Shown one piece after another: positions 1-9,913 of a stretch of DNA of 64,000 nucleotides. This DNA comes from Candidatus Shapirobacteria bacterium (GTDB taxonomy: Bacteria > Patescibacteriota > Microgenomatia > UBA12405): assembly GCA_022837635.1 (NCBI GenBank), contig JALHFY010000001.1, positions 234,202-298,201 of the forward strand, read 5' to 3'. The position numbers and the translations under genes are program-made. A model generated the notes under the pieces. It worked only from the letters and a program-made list of their open reading frames with translations. It made no database searches and was not told the origin of the DNA. Each line of letters starts with the position of its first letter. Positions within the stretch are counted from its first letter, which is position 1.

Positions 1-300
1 TTAACTACATTTTTGGCTACATATTTAGTAGCGGAAATATAGGGTATTTTTTGTTGTTTAATGCGAACGAATTCTTTACGAGTACGATCGAAAGCTTTAT
101 AAGATGAACCAATAATAGCTAGGTCGATACGGGAATTGATTTCAATTTTATTAATGGGAATAAGGGCATTTTTGAGTTGGATACTAAAAGGTGGATAAAT
201 CTTGTCTTGATCAGAACCGGTAACTTGATACCCTTGTTTTTTTAAGGCCAAGGCTAAAGGAGCAGTCATAGAGCCGGCAATGCCTACAATATGAATGTGC
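1..300 (-). CDS. Mur ligase family protein, N-terminal fragment (MurC/Mpl-like); CDS runs off the window start
   Basis: Minus-strand translation from ATG at 300: MHIHIVGIAGSMTAPLALALKKQGYQVTGSDQDKIYPPFSIQL. This is the Rossmann-type N-terminus of MurC/Mpl ligases (IGIGG..M..LA...G..V.GSD...YPPMS). No stop before position 1. Not in the supplied ORF list because it is partial. Confidence 0.55.
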
Positions 301-305
301 ATTGT

Positions 306-1010
306 TTAATTATAAGATATCCACTTATCTTTGACAAAATATTCAAAGTTAGGAAAATTACGTTTATAAAAACCGAGCTTAGTTTCAGGATTAAAGCGAC
401 CAAGATAACAATATTTTAATTGTTTCTCCTGGCTATCAATAACAACTTGTAGAGGTAGACGAATGGGCAAATCACTGTGGCTGTAATGGGGATCATAAAA
501 AACATAGGCAATGTGGGCAATATTTTGATTAAAGAAGCACAAGGAATAGGCACAAATTTGATTAGAACGCTGATTATCAACCCAAAGATAAACAAAATTA
601 AAAATATGATCAGTAAAAACAGTTTTAATACTGCTGGCAGGAAAATTCCAATTTAGAGCTTTAGTCCAAGTAGAGAGTTGCTTTTGTAAGCTGGGAGTAT
701 AAGTAAAATCTTTAAGAGGAAGTAGTTTATAGGAAAAATGGGCGGTTTTTTTGAGGATACGACGATTTTCCGAGGAAAGTTGCGAATCTTGAAGTCGACT
801 GCGACAGCTATAGTTGTTGTCGGTATAAAAATAACCGGCTTGGTTGCGTTGAGGTAGCCAACCTTGTTCGTAAATTTCTTCGAGATTGAGATTACTAGTG
901 AGGTTATACATGTTCGTTTTTGAGGCGAAAAGCGGTTCTAAAAGCTTCAGCTTCGGACCAAGGATAATCGGTTTTACCATGGAGAATTGAGCTCTCATGG
1001 CCTTTACCAC
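306..1010 (-). CDS. Hypothetical protein, possible arginyl/leucyl-tRNA--protein transferase (ATE/Bpt-like, GNAT-like fold)
   Basis: 234 aa ORF. Weak resemblance to ATE_N/ATE_C signatures (..GYFYTDNNYSCRSRL..SSENRRILKK ; IAHIAYVFYDP...YCYLGRFNP versus LSAVYTFYDP...YLGYWI). The real start is probably an internal Met, because the first ~100 nt overlap murE. Assignment from motif memory only. Confidence 0.3.
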   Translation of the reverse strand: MVKAMRAQFSMVKPIILGPKLKLLEPLFASKTNMYNLTSNLNLEEIYEQGWLPQRNQAGYFYTDNNYSCRSRLQDSQLSSENRRILKKTAHFSYKLLPLKDFTYTPSLQKQLSTWTKALNWNFPASSIKTVFTDHIFNFVYLWVDNQRSNQICAYSLCFFNQNIAHIAYVFYDPHYSHSDLPIRLPLQVVIDSQEKQLKYCYLGRFNPETKLGFYKRNFPNFEYFVKDKWISYN

Positions 1011-2157
1011 AAGCGATGATAGTATCTCCAGTTTTGGCTAGAGCGACAGCTAAATTAAAGGCGTCTTGACGGTTGGGGATATCAGCATAATGAAATTTAT
1101 TTGGATTAGTGATTTCGGGGTGTTCGGGATCAATTTTTTGGGATTGTTTGGGATCGAAACCGGAAATAATTTGTTGATTAATGTTTTCAATTCGTTCTTC
1201 CCTGGTGTCATCAGCAGTGACAATGGCAATGTCAGCAATTTTGGAAACTGCTTGACCCATGAGAGGACGCTTACTGGGATCTCGACCACCGGTAGCACCA
1301 AAGATAACAATTAATCGACCTTTAGAGGTTTTTCTAAGAGAAGAGAGGGTGTTGGTAAGAGCATTGGTGGTATGAGCAAAGTCGATAATAGTTTTGAGTC
1401 CAAGGTCATTTTCGACAATTTCTCGACGGCCTTTACTGCTAGGAAAATGACGGATAGTTTTAGAAAAAATGCTGGGATCTAAATTTAATTGATGGTAGGC
1501 AGCTAAAGCAGCTAGGATATTATAAGTTTGATAGTAATAATTACTGTTGGTAATTAGTCTTTGGTTATTAACGGTAAAACTGAGTTGTTTTGAAGTTAGC
1601 TTAACTTTTTGGGCGGTAAAATCAGATTTATTTTTAATACCATAGGTAATTTGAGGAATGTGAATTAATTGAGATATGTCTTGATAGTGATCATCATCAC
1701 GATTAAGGATAGCTACATCTGATTGGGTAAAAAGTTTGGCTTTAGTTCGGACGTAATTATCCATAGTTTTATGATAATCGAGGTGTTCATGGGTAATATT
1801 AGTGATTAAAGAGACTTTGAAATGAGTACCAAAATAACGATATTGACTGAGGGCGTGGGAAGTAATTTCACAAACGACATGAGTGAAATCGGAACGTTGG
1901 TAGTCAGCGAATATTTTTTGGAGGAGTTTGGGTGGAGGTGAAGTGGTATGTAACCCTGGGCTGGTAATGGTACTGATGATGCCACATTTAAGACCGTTGT
2001 TTTCCAAAAGTTTTTGGAGGAGGGTGCAAGTACTGGTTTTTCCATCGGTACCAGTGACACCAATAAGAGTTAATTTCCGGCTGGGACGGCCATAATAGAG
2101 ATTCCAAAAAATAGCTTGAGGAAGATGCCAAAAAATATTTTTAAGAGTGCTTAACAT
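904..2157 (-). CDS. murE: UDP-N-acetylmuramoyl-tripeptide synthetase (Mur ligase, MurE-like)
   Basis: GVTGTDGKTST P-loop, ITNITHEHLDYH, C-terminal GKGHE.. and a TADDTREE segment in the position of the MurE DNPR motif. Sits directly downstream of ftsI as in dcw clusters. Confidence 0.7.
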   Translation of the reverse strand: MLSTLKNIFWHLPQAIFWNLYYGRPSRKLTLIGVTGTDGKTSTCTLLQKLLENNGLKCGIISTITSPGLHTTSPPPKLLQKIFADYQRSDFTHVVCEITSHALSQYRYFGTHFKVSLITNITHEHLDYHKTMDNYVRTKAKLFTQSDVAILNRDDDHYQDISQLIHIPQITYGIKNKSDFTAQKVKLTSKQLSFTVNNQRLITNSNYYYQTYNILAALAAYHQLNLDPSIFSKTIRHFPSSKGRREIVENDLGLKTIIDFAHTTNALTNTLSSLRKTSKGRLIVIFGATGGRDPSKRPLMGQAVSKIADIAIVTADDTREERIENINQQIISGFDPKQSQKIDPEHPEITNPNKFHYADIPNRQDAFNLAVALAKTGDTIIACGKGHESSILHGKTDYPWSEAEAFRTAFRLKNEHV

Positions 2158-2171
2158 AAGCGATAGATGAA

Positions 2172-3740
2172 TTATAGCAATCTATTTAAGTGAGAGGCGA
2201 GATTAAACCAAATAGGGGCGGCAGTAGATGAACCCCATTGAGAGACTTGAGCATTAGAAATAGTCACAATCATAGTGTATTTAGGATTGGTACAAGGATA
2301 AAAACCGATATAGGAACCGATAGTATTGTCGCCATATTTACCGGCTACGGCCACTTGGGCGGTACCGCTTTTAGCGCAAACCGAATCCATATCTTTACTT
2401 TTGAGCTTGGCTACAGGACTGTGGTCAACAGCATAGGCCAAAATTTCTTTCATAGTATTAGTGCTTTTTTCTGAAAAGACACGGGAACTTTGACTTTGAT
2501 GGCTGGTATTTAAGTGGGCGTTAACCAAGAGGCCATTGTTGGCAATACTATTAAAAGCTTGAAGCATTTGGAGTTGATTGAGAGCAATCCCCTGTCCAAA
2601 GGAAGCAGTGGCCAGATCAATTTCTGACCAGTAAGTTTTAAGAGCTGAAACCGATTCTCCAGGCAATTCAACTCCGGTTTTTTGGTTTAATTTCAATTTT
2701 TTATAATAATCTAAAAACTTGTCCAGACCTAGGTGAGAAATGATATAGCTCATGCCGATATTGTCCGAATTGGTAATAATGTCTTTGAGGCTAGAGTCAG
2801 GGTGAAATTGCTTATCCCAATTGTTAATTGAGTCTTCACCGATAACACGGGCTTGGTTACAACGGGTACAAATCCAATTGGAATTAATAGTGCCGGAATC
2901 TAGGGCGGCGGTCATGACCAGGGGCTTAAAAATAGAACCGGGCTCGAAAAGATGAGTGATATTTTTAACTTTGGAAAAAGCTGAAGGACTGGCTTCAACC
3001 GAAGCCATGGCTAAAATTTGTCCACTTTTAGGTTCCAAAATAATGGCGGAAGCAGAATCGGCTTGGTAAGTTACCAGACCCTGTTTAAGGGTGTTTTCAA
3101 CTAATTGCTGGACTTGGCGATTGAGGCTGGTAGGTATATCTTGGCCATCAATTTCACTTTTTTGCCAATTTTTTTTGGTCAGAAGCTGACTGCCGGTGGC
3201 ATCAATAACATTTCTTTTGAAACCAACTTGGCCGGAAAGTTGACGTTTGTAAAATCTTTCTAAACCTAAAATCAGGTCAATAGCCAAGGTACCTTCGGGG
3301 TAGTAACGTTTTTGTCGAGCTTGAAAATTAGTGCCACTGATGGTGGCTAATTGATTTTTTTCTGAGGTGGAAAATTCTCCCAAAAATTCCAACCATTTTT
3401 GATTTGGTTCTCTAAACTTTTCTAATAGTTTGGCATTTTGAGTAGCGAATTCCGGTTTGACATTAGTAATTTCTTGGAGAATAGTATCTAAATCTGCTTT
3501 GAAATTGGGTTTATACAGAGCCAGACGATAATAGCTGTAATCCAGACTAAGAGGGTAGCCATCGGAACTGAGAATTTGACCTTGTCGGGGCAGGATTTTT
3601 TCCAGTTTGTAAATTTGGGCAATAGCTTGTTCATGAAGTTGTGCACCTTTGATAACTTGCCAATAAAAAAGGCGACTTAAAACCGCTAGAAAACAAAGAT
3701 AAATAACAATAAGTAGAAATTTAGAACGCTTTTTGTCCAC
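2172..3740 (-). CDS. ftsI: Penicillin-binding protein 2 / FtsI-type peptidoglycan transpeptidase
   Basis: N-terminal TM anchor. SxxK (GSIFKP), SxN (NSDNIG) and KTG-like (KSGTAQ) motifs in order. Sits between ftsL and murE. Confidence 0.8.
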   Translation of the reverse strand: MDKKRSKFLLIVIYLCFLAVLSRLFYWQVIKGAQLHEQAIAQIYKLEKILPRQGQILSSDGYPLSLDYSYYRLALYKPNFKADLDTILQEITNVKPEFATQNAKLLEKFREPNQKWLEFLGEFSTSEKNQLATISGTNFQARQKRYYPEGTLAIDLILGLERFYKRQLSGQVGFKRNVIDATGSQLLTKKNWQKSEIDGQDIPTSLNRQVQQLVENTLKQGLVTYQADSASAIILEPKSGQILAMASVEASPSAFSKVKNITHLFEPGSIFKPLVMTAALDSGTINSNWICTRCNQARVIGEDSINNWDKQFHPDSSLKDIITNSDNIGMSYIISHLGLDKFLDYYKKLKLNQKTGVELPGESVSALKTYWSEIDLATASFGQGIALNQLQMLQAFNSIANNGLLVNAHLNTSHQSQSSRVFSEKSTNTMKEILAYAVDHSPVAKLKSKDMDSVCAKSGTAQVAVAGKYGDNTIGSYIGFYPCTNPKYTMIVTISNAQVSQWGSSTAAPIWFNLASHLNRLL

Positions 3741-3930
3741 TGATAGAAAATTTTTGGGTATATTGAACTTCTAATTGTTGATTATCAACATTGAGATCGT
3801 TGTATTTCTTTTGGAGGGCAGAATAGCGAAGATTGGCGTCAATAATTTGAGTTGAATAATAGACAGAAAAAATAATTTGAAAAACAAGTAGAGCCAAAGC
3901 AATGCCTGACAAAAAACGATTTCGAGTCAT
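3721..3930 (-). CDS. ftsL: Cell division protein FtsL-like (small bitopic coiled-coil protein)
   Basis: 69 aa with a single TM (IALALLVFQIIFSVYY) followed by a coiled-coil-like segment. Canonical position between rsmH and ftsI; overlaps both neighbours by 4 nt and 20 nt. Confidence 0.5.
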   Translation of the reverse strand: MTRNRFLSGIALALLVFQIIFSVYYSTQIIDANLRYSALQKKYNDLNVDNQQLEVQYTQKFSISGQKAF

Positions 3931-4793
3931 GGAATTAAATAAGTTCTAAAGACAGCTGAGCGTGAAGGTGGATTGGCTAAACATTCTTGATGATCGGGGA
4001 GGTATTTTTGAGAAGAAAGTTGGTGTTTTAAGATAAATTTTTTGACCAGACGATCTTCACCAGAATGAAAAGAAATAATACCTACAGTTCCACCTGTTTT
4101 GACTATTTTTAGAGAGTTGTTAAGGAGAGATTCTAAGTTTTCAAGTTCGTTATTGACAGCAATACGGAGAGCTAAAAAAATTTTGGTGGCGGGGTGAAGT
4201 CGACTGCGGTAACGTTTTTTTTGGTAATAATCATTGATGACTTTAGCTAATTGGGCGGCGTTTTTGAAAGGTTGTTGTTGTCTTTTTTTAACTATTTCAT
4301 AAGCCAAAGGTCGAGCCAATTTTTCTTGAGCGTATTTAGTAAAAATTTGATAAAGTTGGTCCCGATCCCAAGTATTAACAATTTCTTCGGCGGTTAAACT
4401 TTGTTTTTTAGGGTTGAGACGCATATCTAGAGAAGTGTCATCATGAAAAGAAAAACCATAACCGGATTGAGATTGTTGATTGAAACTGAGACCCAAATCA
4501 GCAAAAAGAAAATCGGGTTGAGGTAACTTTTTTTTGGTAAAAATTGTTTTGAGATTGGTAAAATTGCCTAAAATAGGGTAAAAATTCTTGGTTAAATTTT
4601 GAGACTTAATTCTTTTGAGAGCAATAGCTAGATTGTTTGGGTCAGCTTCCAGAGCATAAACTGTGGTTTGACGACGTAGAAATTCCAAAGTGTGACCAGC
4701 GTGGCCCAAGGTACAATCAAAAATTATTTGACCAGCTTGAGGGTCGAAAGCTTTTAGAACAGTGGTGGACAGGACTGGAAAGTGATAGTTCAT
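3927..4793 (-). CDS. rsmH: 16S rRNA (cytosine1402-N4)-methyltransferase RsmH/MraW
   Basis: N-terminal HFPVL motif, DCTLGHAGH SAM-binding segment, 288 aa, precedes ftsL-ftsI. Confidence 0.85.
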   Translation of the reverse strand: MNYHFPVLSTTVLKAFDPQAGQIIFDCTLGHAGHTLEFLRRQTTVYALEADPNNLAIALKRIKSQNLTKNFYPILGNFTNLKTIFTKKKLPQPDFLFADLGLSFNQQSQSGYGFSFHDDTSLDMRLNPKKQSLTAEEIVNTWDRDQLYQIFTKYAQEKLARPLAYEIVKKRQQQPFKNAAQLAKVINDYYQKKRYRSRLHPATKIFLALRIAVNNELENLESLLNNSLKIVKTGGTVGIISFHSGEDRLVKKFILKHQLSSQKYLPDHQECLANPPSRSAVFRTYLIP

Positions 4794-5395
4794 TGAGATG
4801 AACCATTGATGACATATTCACCGCTTTGATAATCTTGGTGAACAATATAGAAAGGACTGGTCTGTTTGGGGGCTTGAGAGAAATCTACTTCTTCCCAGAT
4901 GATTTTGCCACCGGTTTTTTTAAGGTCAGCAGCACTTTTAAGAACAAAAGGAGTTTCAAAGGTAGAGAGTTGTCCTTGACTGCTAATCAAGAGAATTAGA
5001 TTACCATGACTAACTCCGGTATCGTATTTATATTTACAACCGTTGGTACAACTTTCAGTGCCTAAAAGAATCTTTCGAGTGACAGTGCTGTTTTGGAGAT
5101 CGTTGCTTTCAATGATACCGCTAGCACCTTTTTCAATTTCCATAGCACCATCAACAGCGGTATAGGTTAATTCATATTCAATCTTGTTAATTTTGGATGA
5201 AACAGAACTTAATTTTAGATAAAGTTCATGACCGTCGGCTCGAGGTGAAAGATTGACTGTAGGCCGATCTTCAGGGGCTAATTCAACCATCCGAGGAGTG
5301 GGTGTAGGAGTAATAGTTACAGTTTTTTTCTTACGGCAACCGGAGAGAAAAAAAACGGAGAAAAGTAAAGGTAGAATAAGAAGATATTTTTTCAT
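4790..5395 (-). CDS. Lipoprotein, unknown function
   Basis: Signal peptide with lipobox LSGC (MKKYLLILPLLFSVFFLSGC) and a Thr/Pro-rich linker. No recognisable catalytic motif. Confidence 0.5.
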   Translation of the reverse strand: MKKYLLILPLLFSVFFLSGCRKKKTVTITPTPTPRMVELAPEDRPTVNLSPRADGHELYLKLSSVSSKINKIEYELTYTAVDGAMEIEKGASGIIESNDLQNSTVTRKILLGTESCTNGCKYKYDTGVSHGNLILLISSQGQLSTFETPFVLKSAADLKKTGGKIIWEEVDFSQAPKQTSPFYIVHQDYQSGEYVINGSSQ

Positions 5396-5399
5396 GTGC

Positions 5400-6716
5400 T
5401 TAGTTTAACTGCTTTGACAACCAAGAGTCAATTTCAGTAATTTTAACTCTAATTTGGGCCATGGTATCGCGATCTCGGATACTGACAGTATTGTCTTCCA
5501 AGCTTTGATAATCAACCACGGCACACCAAGGAGTACCGATTTCATCTTGGCGACGGTACTTTTTACCGATATTATTGCTATCGTCAAAATCGACAGAGTA
5601 TTTACTAGACAGGTCGGTATAAATTTTTTGAGCCAAGTTGACTAACTCGGGTTTGTTGGCAGCGAGGGGGAAGATAGCCAGTTTATAAGCGGCGAGATGA
5701 GGATTAAGTTTAAGGAGAGTACGGGTGTCACCGGATTTGGTTTTTTCCTCTTGGTAAGCATCGAGCAGTAAAAAGAAGAAACTGCGATCAATGCCACCGG
5801 AACTTTCAACAATCCAGGGAAGGTAACGTTCATTGGTACCTTGGTCGATATAAGATAGATCTTGACCGCTAAATTTGGAGTGTTGGGTCAGGTCGTAATC
5901 AGAGCGCCAGTGAATTCCTTCCATTTCAGCCCAGCCCCAAGGAGCTTGATATTCAATATCAAAGGCTTTTTGAGCGTAAAATGCCAACTCATCTTTTTTA
6001 TGTTGACGGAAACGAAGATTGTCCGACTGATTGAAATATTTTTGATACCAAGTCATACGATTTTCTTTCCAGTACTCATACCATTTATCCATTTCTTTAG
6101 GGTGAACAAAATATTGGATATCCCATTGTTCAAACTCACGAGTGCGATATAAAAAGTTTTTGGGAGTAATTTCATTTCGGAAAGCTTTTCCGATTTGAGC
6201 AATTCCGAAAGGAACTTTCACCCGAGTCGAGTCAACAATATTTTTGAAATCAAGGTAGATAGTTTGACAAGCTTCCCCTCTTAAATAAGCGTGCAACTTA
6301 TCACCTTCAATAACGCCAATTTCAGTTTCAAAAAGAATGTTGTATTTGCGACCCTCAGTAAAAGAGCCGCCACATTCGGGACATTTGGAATCGTCATTCA
6401 AAAGATCGGGGCGAAAACGTTTGTGACATTTCTTACATTCAACCATAGTATCAGTAAAATTAGTGACATGACCAGAAGCTTCCCAGACTTTAGGATGGGT
6501 GATGATAGAGCCATCGATTAAAACTATATCTGAGCGTAATTGGACATTGTCTCTAATCCAGAGATCTTTCCAATTCTTTTTCATGAGAGAACCAACAGGA
6601 CCGTAATCATAAAAACCTTGAACTCCACCATAAATTTCGGAATTTTGAAAAATAATCCCCCGACGTTTACAGAGGGAGACTATTTTCTGAACTTTGTCGT
6701 CTTTGTTAACTGCCAT
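5400..6716 (-). CDS. glyQS: Glycine--tRNA ligase (dimeric class II GlyRS)
   Basis: 438 aa. N-terminus ..RRGIIFQNSEIYGG..GFYDYGPVG, Zn-ribbon-like insertion CKKCHKRFR..CPECGG, class II motifs. Size and motifs fit alpha2-type GlyRS. Confidence 0.85.
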   Translation of the reverse strand: MAVNKDDKVQKIVSLCKRRGIIFQNSEIYGGVQGFYDYGPVGSLMKKNWKDLWIRDNVQLRSDIVLIDGSIITHPKVWEASGHVTNFTDTMVECKKCHKRFRPDLLNDDSKCPECGGSFTEGRKYNILFETEIGVIEGDKLHAYLRGEACQTIYLDFKNIVDSTRVKVPFGIAQIGKAFRNEITPKNFLYRTREFEQWDIQYFVHPKEMDKWYEYWKENRMTWYQKYFNQSDNLRFRQHKKDELAFYAQKAFDIEYQAPWGWAEMEGIHWRSDYDLTQHSKFSGQDLSYIDQGTNERYLPWIVESSGGIDRSFFFLLLDAYQEEKTKSGDTRTLLKLNPHLAAYKLAIFPLAANKPELVNLAQKIYTDLSSKYSVDFDDSNNIGKKYRRQDEIGTPWCAVVDYQSLEDNTVSIRDRDTMAQIRVKITEIDSWLSKQLN

Positions 6717-6734
6717 GTGCCTATTATAACTGAT

Positions 6735-7295
6735 TTAAGTGAAAAACTTTTGACTTTTTAAGGGTTTTTCTAAAATAGATTCGAAATAATTTTTAATGGC
6801 TTTTTGGGTATTTTTATAGTCTTTTTGGTCAAAATAAAGACTGATTTGAGGATTAAGACCAAAACCGAGATTGCGGATAAAGTTGATTTCTTCACGAATA
6901 AAATCAGGATAGTTATCTTTGGCCAGGGCTTGGGTGGCGTTGCTCAAGTTCAGATAAATATCTGGCAAAATTTCTTCGGCAGGAATAATGGCATTGGCAA
7001 CTTCATAGAGAAAAAAAAGTAGATTGTATTGGGAGAGTTTTTTGGGTTGTTTTAAGAAAGGATTAACACTTTCCGATTCTGACAACCAAAAGAAAGTGCC
7101 TTTTTGATAGAGATTAAATTTGATAATATTACCAATTTCCAGATGTCCTAGACGTCGACTTTTAATGGAACGGACACCCTTGGCCAGACAGGTGATTTTA
7201 CCTAAGTTTGGGGTAAAAATAGTTAATTGTAAATCACCTTCGTGAAGTCTTTTTTTGTTGATAATAAGTCCCAGGCCTGAGGAAAAATGAGGCAT
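6735..7295 (-). CDS. recO: DNA repair protein RecO-like
   Basis: N-terminal OB-fold pattern LIINKKRLHEGDLQLTIFTPNLGKITCLAKGVRSIKSRRLGHLE matches the RecO signature (vfT..G....AKGaRs.kSr). Shortened C-terminus (186 aa). Confidence 0.55.
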   Translation of the reverse strand: MPHFSSGLGLIINKKRLHEGDLQLTIFTPNLGKITCLAKGVRSIKSRRLGHLEIGNIIKFNLYQKGTFFWLSESESVNPFLKQPKKLSQYNLLFFLYEVANAIIPAEEILPDIYLNLSNATQALAKDNYPDFIREEINFIRNLGFGLNPQISLYFDQKDYKNTQKAIKNYFESILEKPLKSQKFFT

Positions 7296-9226
7296 TAGAG
7301 AGCTAGTTTGAGAGTTTTATCAGCCACCCAAGAGAAGGTGTTGGTGCTGCGACCATTAACTTTGAGTTCATATTCAACTGCTTTGGTACCGGGTTGTTTT
7401 TGTAAAAACAGAGTATAGTCTTTACTTGGTTTAATTGAAGAAATATATTCGATAGTGACTTTACTACTGGAGCTGGCATAAAGGGGGTATTTATTACCAA
7501 AAAAACCTTCAAAGACTTGTTTACCGAGTTCTTCGTATTGGACAGATTCAACCTCAGAGCCGGTAATTTTTTCTAATTTACTGCCAATGGGTGTGTAGAC
7601 TCTAAAGAGGTTTCTGTAAGCGGCGGCATTTAGACACAAATCCCCTTTTTCTAAATTACAGTTAGAGGCCTTAAAAGGATTGGTGTAGGTGATAGTAAAT
7701 TTGTGCTGAACTTGATTATTTTTACTTTCGATTTCGTGGAGAATTTTTTGAGTGATAAAAAGATTACTTTTAGCACTGGCAAAATTAGCATCGTTGAGAT
7801 GGAAGTAATCAATATTTTCCGGTGTTTGGGCAATATGTCCGGCAATATTGGCTTGTTGAGCAGCTTGTTGAATTTCCGGATCGGTAAAATAAAAAAGAAC
7901 GTGTTTTTCATTTAGGTTGGTGAAAAAAGCACTAGCTAAGGGAGCCAGTTTGGATTTTTCCGAACCCATAGCATTGGCTAAAATAGCATGCATGACTGGA
8001 CCTAAAAAGCCCTTGCGATCTTTGAGAATAAAATCACGAGGACGACCAGCAATCCATTCGAGTTCATAGATAATATTGGGACAACCATTACAACGATTAT
8101 CTTCTTTGGCAGTAAAGGTACCAACTTGGGTATCAATTTTTTCCAAGACTTTGACAATATCAACTAAAATTTTAGTATCCAAGGCGATGACAGCGTCAAA
8201 TTCGGTTTTTTTACCCATGGCTTTGTAATATTGATCAAGAAAAATCTTGGCATCAGTGGGGAAATCTGGGGAAAGATTAGAATCACGCAGATTGAGATAA
8301 GGTACGTTGATATGGTAAGACTTAATCAATCGAGGAGCTGGGGTGGTGCTGGAAATTTTATCATCAAGGTCATAAATATTACTGGAAGATCCGGCAGTAA
8401 TTTTACCCTTATCAACTTTAAGGGTGGTATAAGCGGTCCAGAAACCACCGCTGGGACGTAATTCGGCATCATTTTGGAAAATGACTAAATAATTTCGGGG
8501 TTTGTCTTTACCTAAAAGCCAGGAACTTTTACTCAAGATTGGTTTACCATTGCTAACATAGTTTTGAAATTCTCCAACTAGTTGTCTAACTTTGTTAAAG
8601 TTTTGATGAATAGGAATATCCTTATAAGTTTCCGGATAACGGCTAATATCGATGGTGGCTAAAAGCTGGTCGATTTCAGTAACTTTATTATTGATGGTGT
8701 CAAAATGAGGCAAAATACTTTCGATTGATTGTGTTAAGAAATTGATTCTATCCTCGGTTGTTTGAGCACTACTGGTGCCGGCACCCTTAAGTCCTAGGAA
8801 ATCAGCGTAGGGCTCGGCGGCTTGGATAAGAATATCTCCGGTGTCTAAGGAGTCATAACCGACTTTGATGAGAGTTTTGGCGTCTTTGTAATAGTTGTTG
8901 GCAACCGGAATGGCTCGAAGATAAGCCATGAGATTGAGTTTTTTATCAACTTCAGTGATTTGTTGCCGTAAATTAAGCAGGCTTTGTTTGCCTTGATTGA
9001 GGTCTTTATCAGCCAGAGATGTTTGGAGTTGTCCAGCAACTGTTTTAGTTTTATTGACTTCTTTGATTAAAGCCTGAGCCGGTAGATACAAAAAGAAAAA
9101 ACTAAGGACTCCTAAGCCCAATAAAACCAATAAAATAATTATTAAAAACTTAGGAACTTTAGGTAATTTCTGTTTCTTGGTCAGGACAGGTTTTGATTTA
9201 GGAGAAAGGGCAGTAGGAATTTCCAT
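7295..9226 (-). CDS. DUF4012-like membrane-anchored protein (uncharacterised envelope-associated family common at heads of glycan loci)
   Basis: 643 aa. N-terminal Lys-rich tail plus single TM (FLIIILLVLLGLGVLSFFFLYL), a large extracytoplasmic domain, and RPSGGFWTAYTTL resembling the conserved GGF segment of DUF4012. Located immediately upstream of the priming PGT. Confidence 0.45.
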   Translation of the reverse strand: MEIPTALSPKSKPVLTKKQKLPKVPKFLIIILLVLLGLGVLSFFFLYLPAQALIKEVNKTKTVAGQLQTSLADKDLNQGKQSLLNLRQQITEVDKKLNLMAYLRAIPVANNYYKDAKTLIKVGYDSLDTGDILIQAAEPYADFLGLKGAGTSSAQTTEDRINFLTQSIESILPHFDTINNKVTEIDQLLATIDISRYPETYKDIPIHQNFNKVRQLVGEFQNYVSNGKPILSKSSWLLGKDKPRNYLVIFQNDAELRPSGGFWTAYTTLKVDKGKITAGSSSNIYDLDDKISSTTPAPRLIKSYHINVPYLNLRDSNLSPDFPTDAKIFLDQYYKAMGKKTEFDAVIALDTKILVDIVKVLEKIDTQVGTFTAKEDNRCNGCPNIIYELEWIAGRPRDFILKDRKGFLGPVMHAILANAMGSEKSKLAPLASAFFTNLNEKHVLFYFTDPEIQQAAQQANIAGHIAQTPENIDYFHLNDANFASAKSNLFITQKILHEIESKNNQVQHKFTITYTNPFKASNCNLEKGDLCLNAAAYRNLFRVYTPIGSKLEKITGSEVESVQYEELGKQVFEGFFGNKYPLYASSSSKVTIEYISSIKPSKDYTLFLQKQPGTKAVEYELKVNGRSTNTFSWVADKTLKLAL

Positions 9227-9247
9227 GTGTTAATTCTAGCATGAAGA

Positions 9248-9913
9248 TTACCAGTTAGAAAACATAGCAAAAGGAGTTTTGAGAATAATGAGAAGCTCTT
9301 CTCTAAGAGAGCGATTTTTGATATAGTCGGAATCCATTTTGGAGCGTTTTTCAAAGGGAAGTTCATTGCGACCTGAAACTTGCCAAGGACCGGTGATACC
9401 GGGTTTAACGGAACGGATATCGGCGATGTAAGCTCTGGTTTTAGGATATTTTTTGGCGTATTCTTTTAATTCTTCGTCTCGGTAGGCACGAGGTCCAACC
9501 AGACTCATCTCACCTTTGAGGACATTAATAAATTGAGGCATTTCGTCGATAGAGGTGGAGCGAATAAAACGACCGATAGGGGTAATTCGAGGATCTTCTT
9601 TGGCGGATAGTTTCCAATCATTGGCTTTGTATTTTTTCCAGAGTTCGGGGTAGTTTTCTTTTAAGAATTTATCATTATCCCCGACCCTCATGGAACGAAA
9701 CTTAAACATGTCAAATTCTTTATTTTGACCGACGCGTTTTTGTTTGAAAATGACTGGACCAGGCGAAGTTAATTTAATAATAATGGCGGTAATAATTAAG
9801 ACTGGTAAAAAAACAATAATAAGGATAATAGAACTGACAATATCCATAACCCTTTTAATGGGATCAAAAAGTTTGACTCGGAGATTATAAAAAGGAAGAT
9901 TTCTACTAGTCAT
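9248..9913 (-). CDS. Small monotopic phosphoglycosyl transferase (bacterial sugar transferase, PglC/WbaP C-domain type)
   Basis: 221 aa. Re-entrant helix (IILIIVFLPVLIITAIIIKLTSPGPVIF) followed by KQKRVGQN..F.MFKFRSM and GP..V.G signatures of the EPS/bac_transf family. Confidence 0.8.
   Translation of the reverse strand: MTSRNLPFYNLRVKLFDPIKRVMDIVSSIILIIVFLPVLIITAIIIKLTSPGPVIFKQKRVGQNKEFDMFKFRSMRVGDNDKFLKENYPELWKKYKANDWKLSAKEDPRITPIGRFIRSTSIDEMPQFINVLKGEMSLVGPRAYRDEELKEYAKKYPKTRAYIADIRSVKPGITGPWQVSGRNELPFEKRSKMDSDYIKNRSLREELLIILKTPFAMFSNW

Noticed and set aside
1050-2063. Several 60-100 aa ORFs on the opposite strand inside murE (1050-1310-, 1066-1314+, 1806-2063-), and similar ones inside most large genes throughout the window
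   Set aside because: Shadow ORFs fully embedded in well-supported genes. Low-complexity translations with no motifs. Typical of AT-rich DNA.
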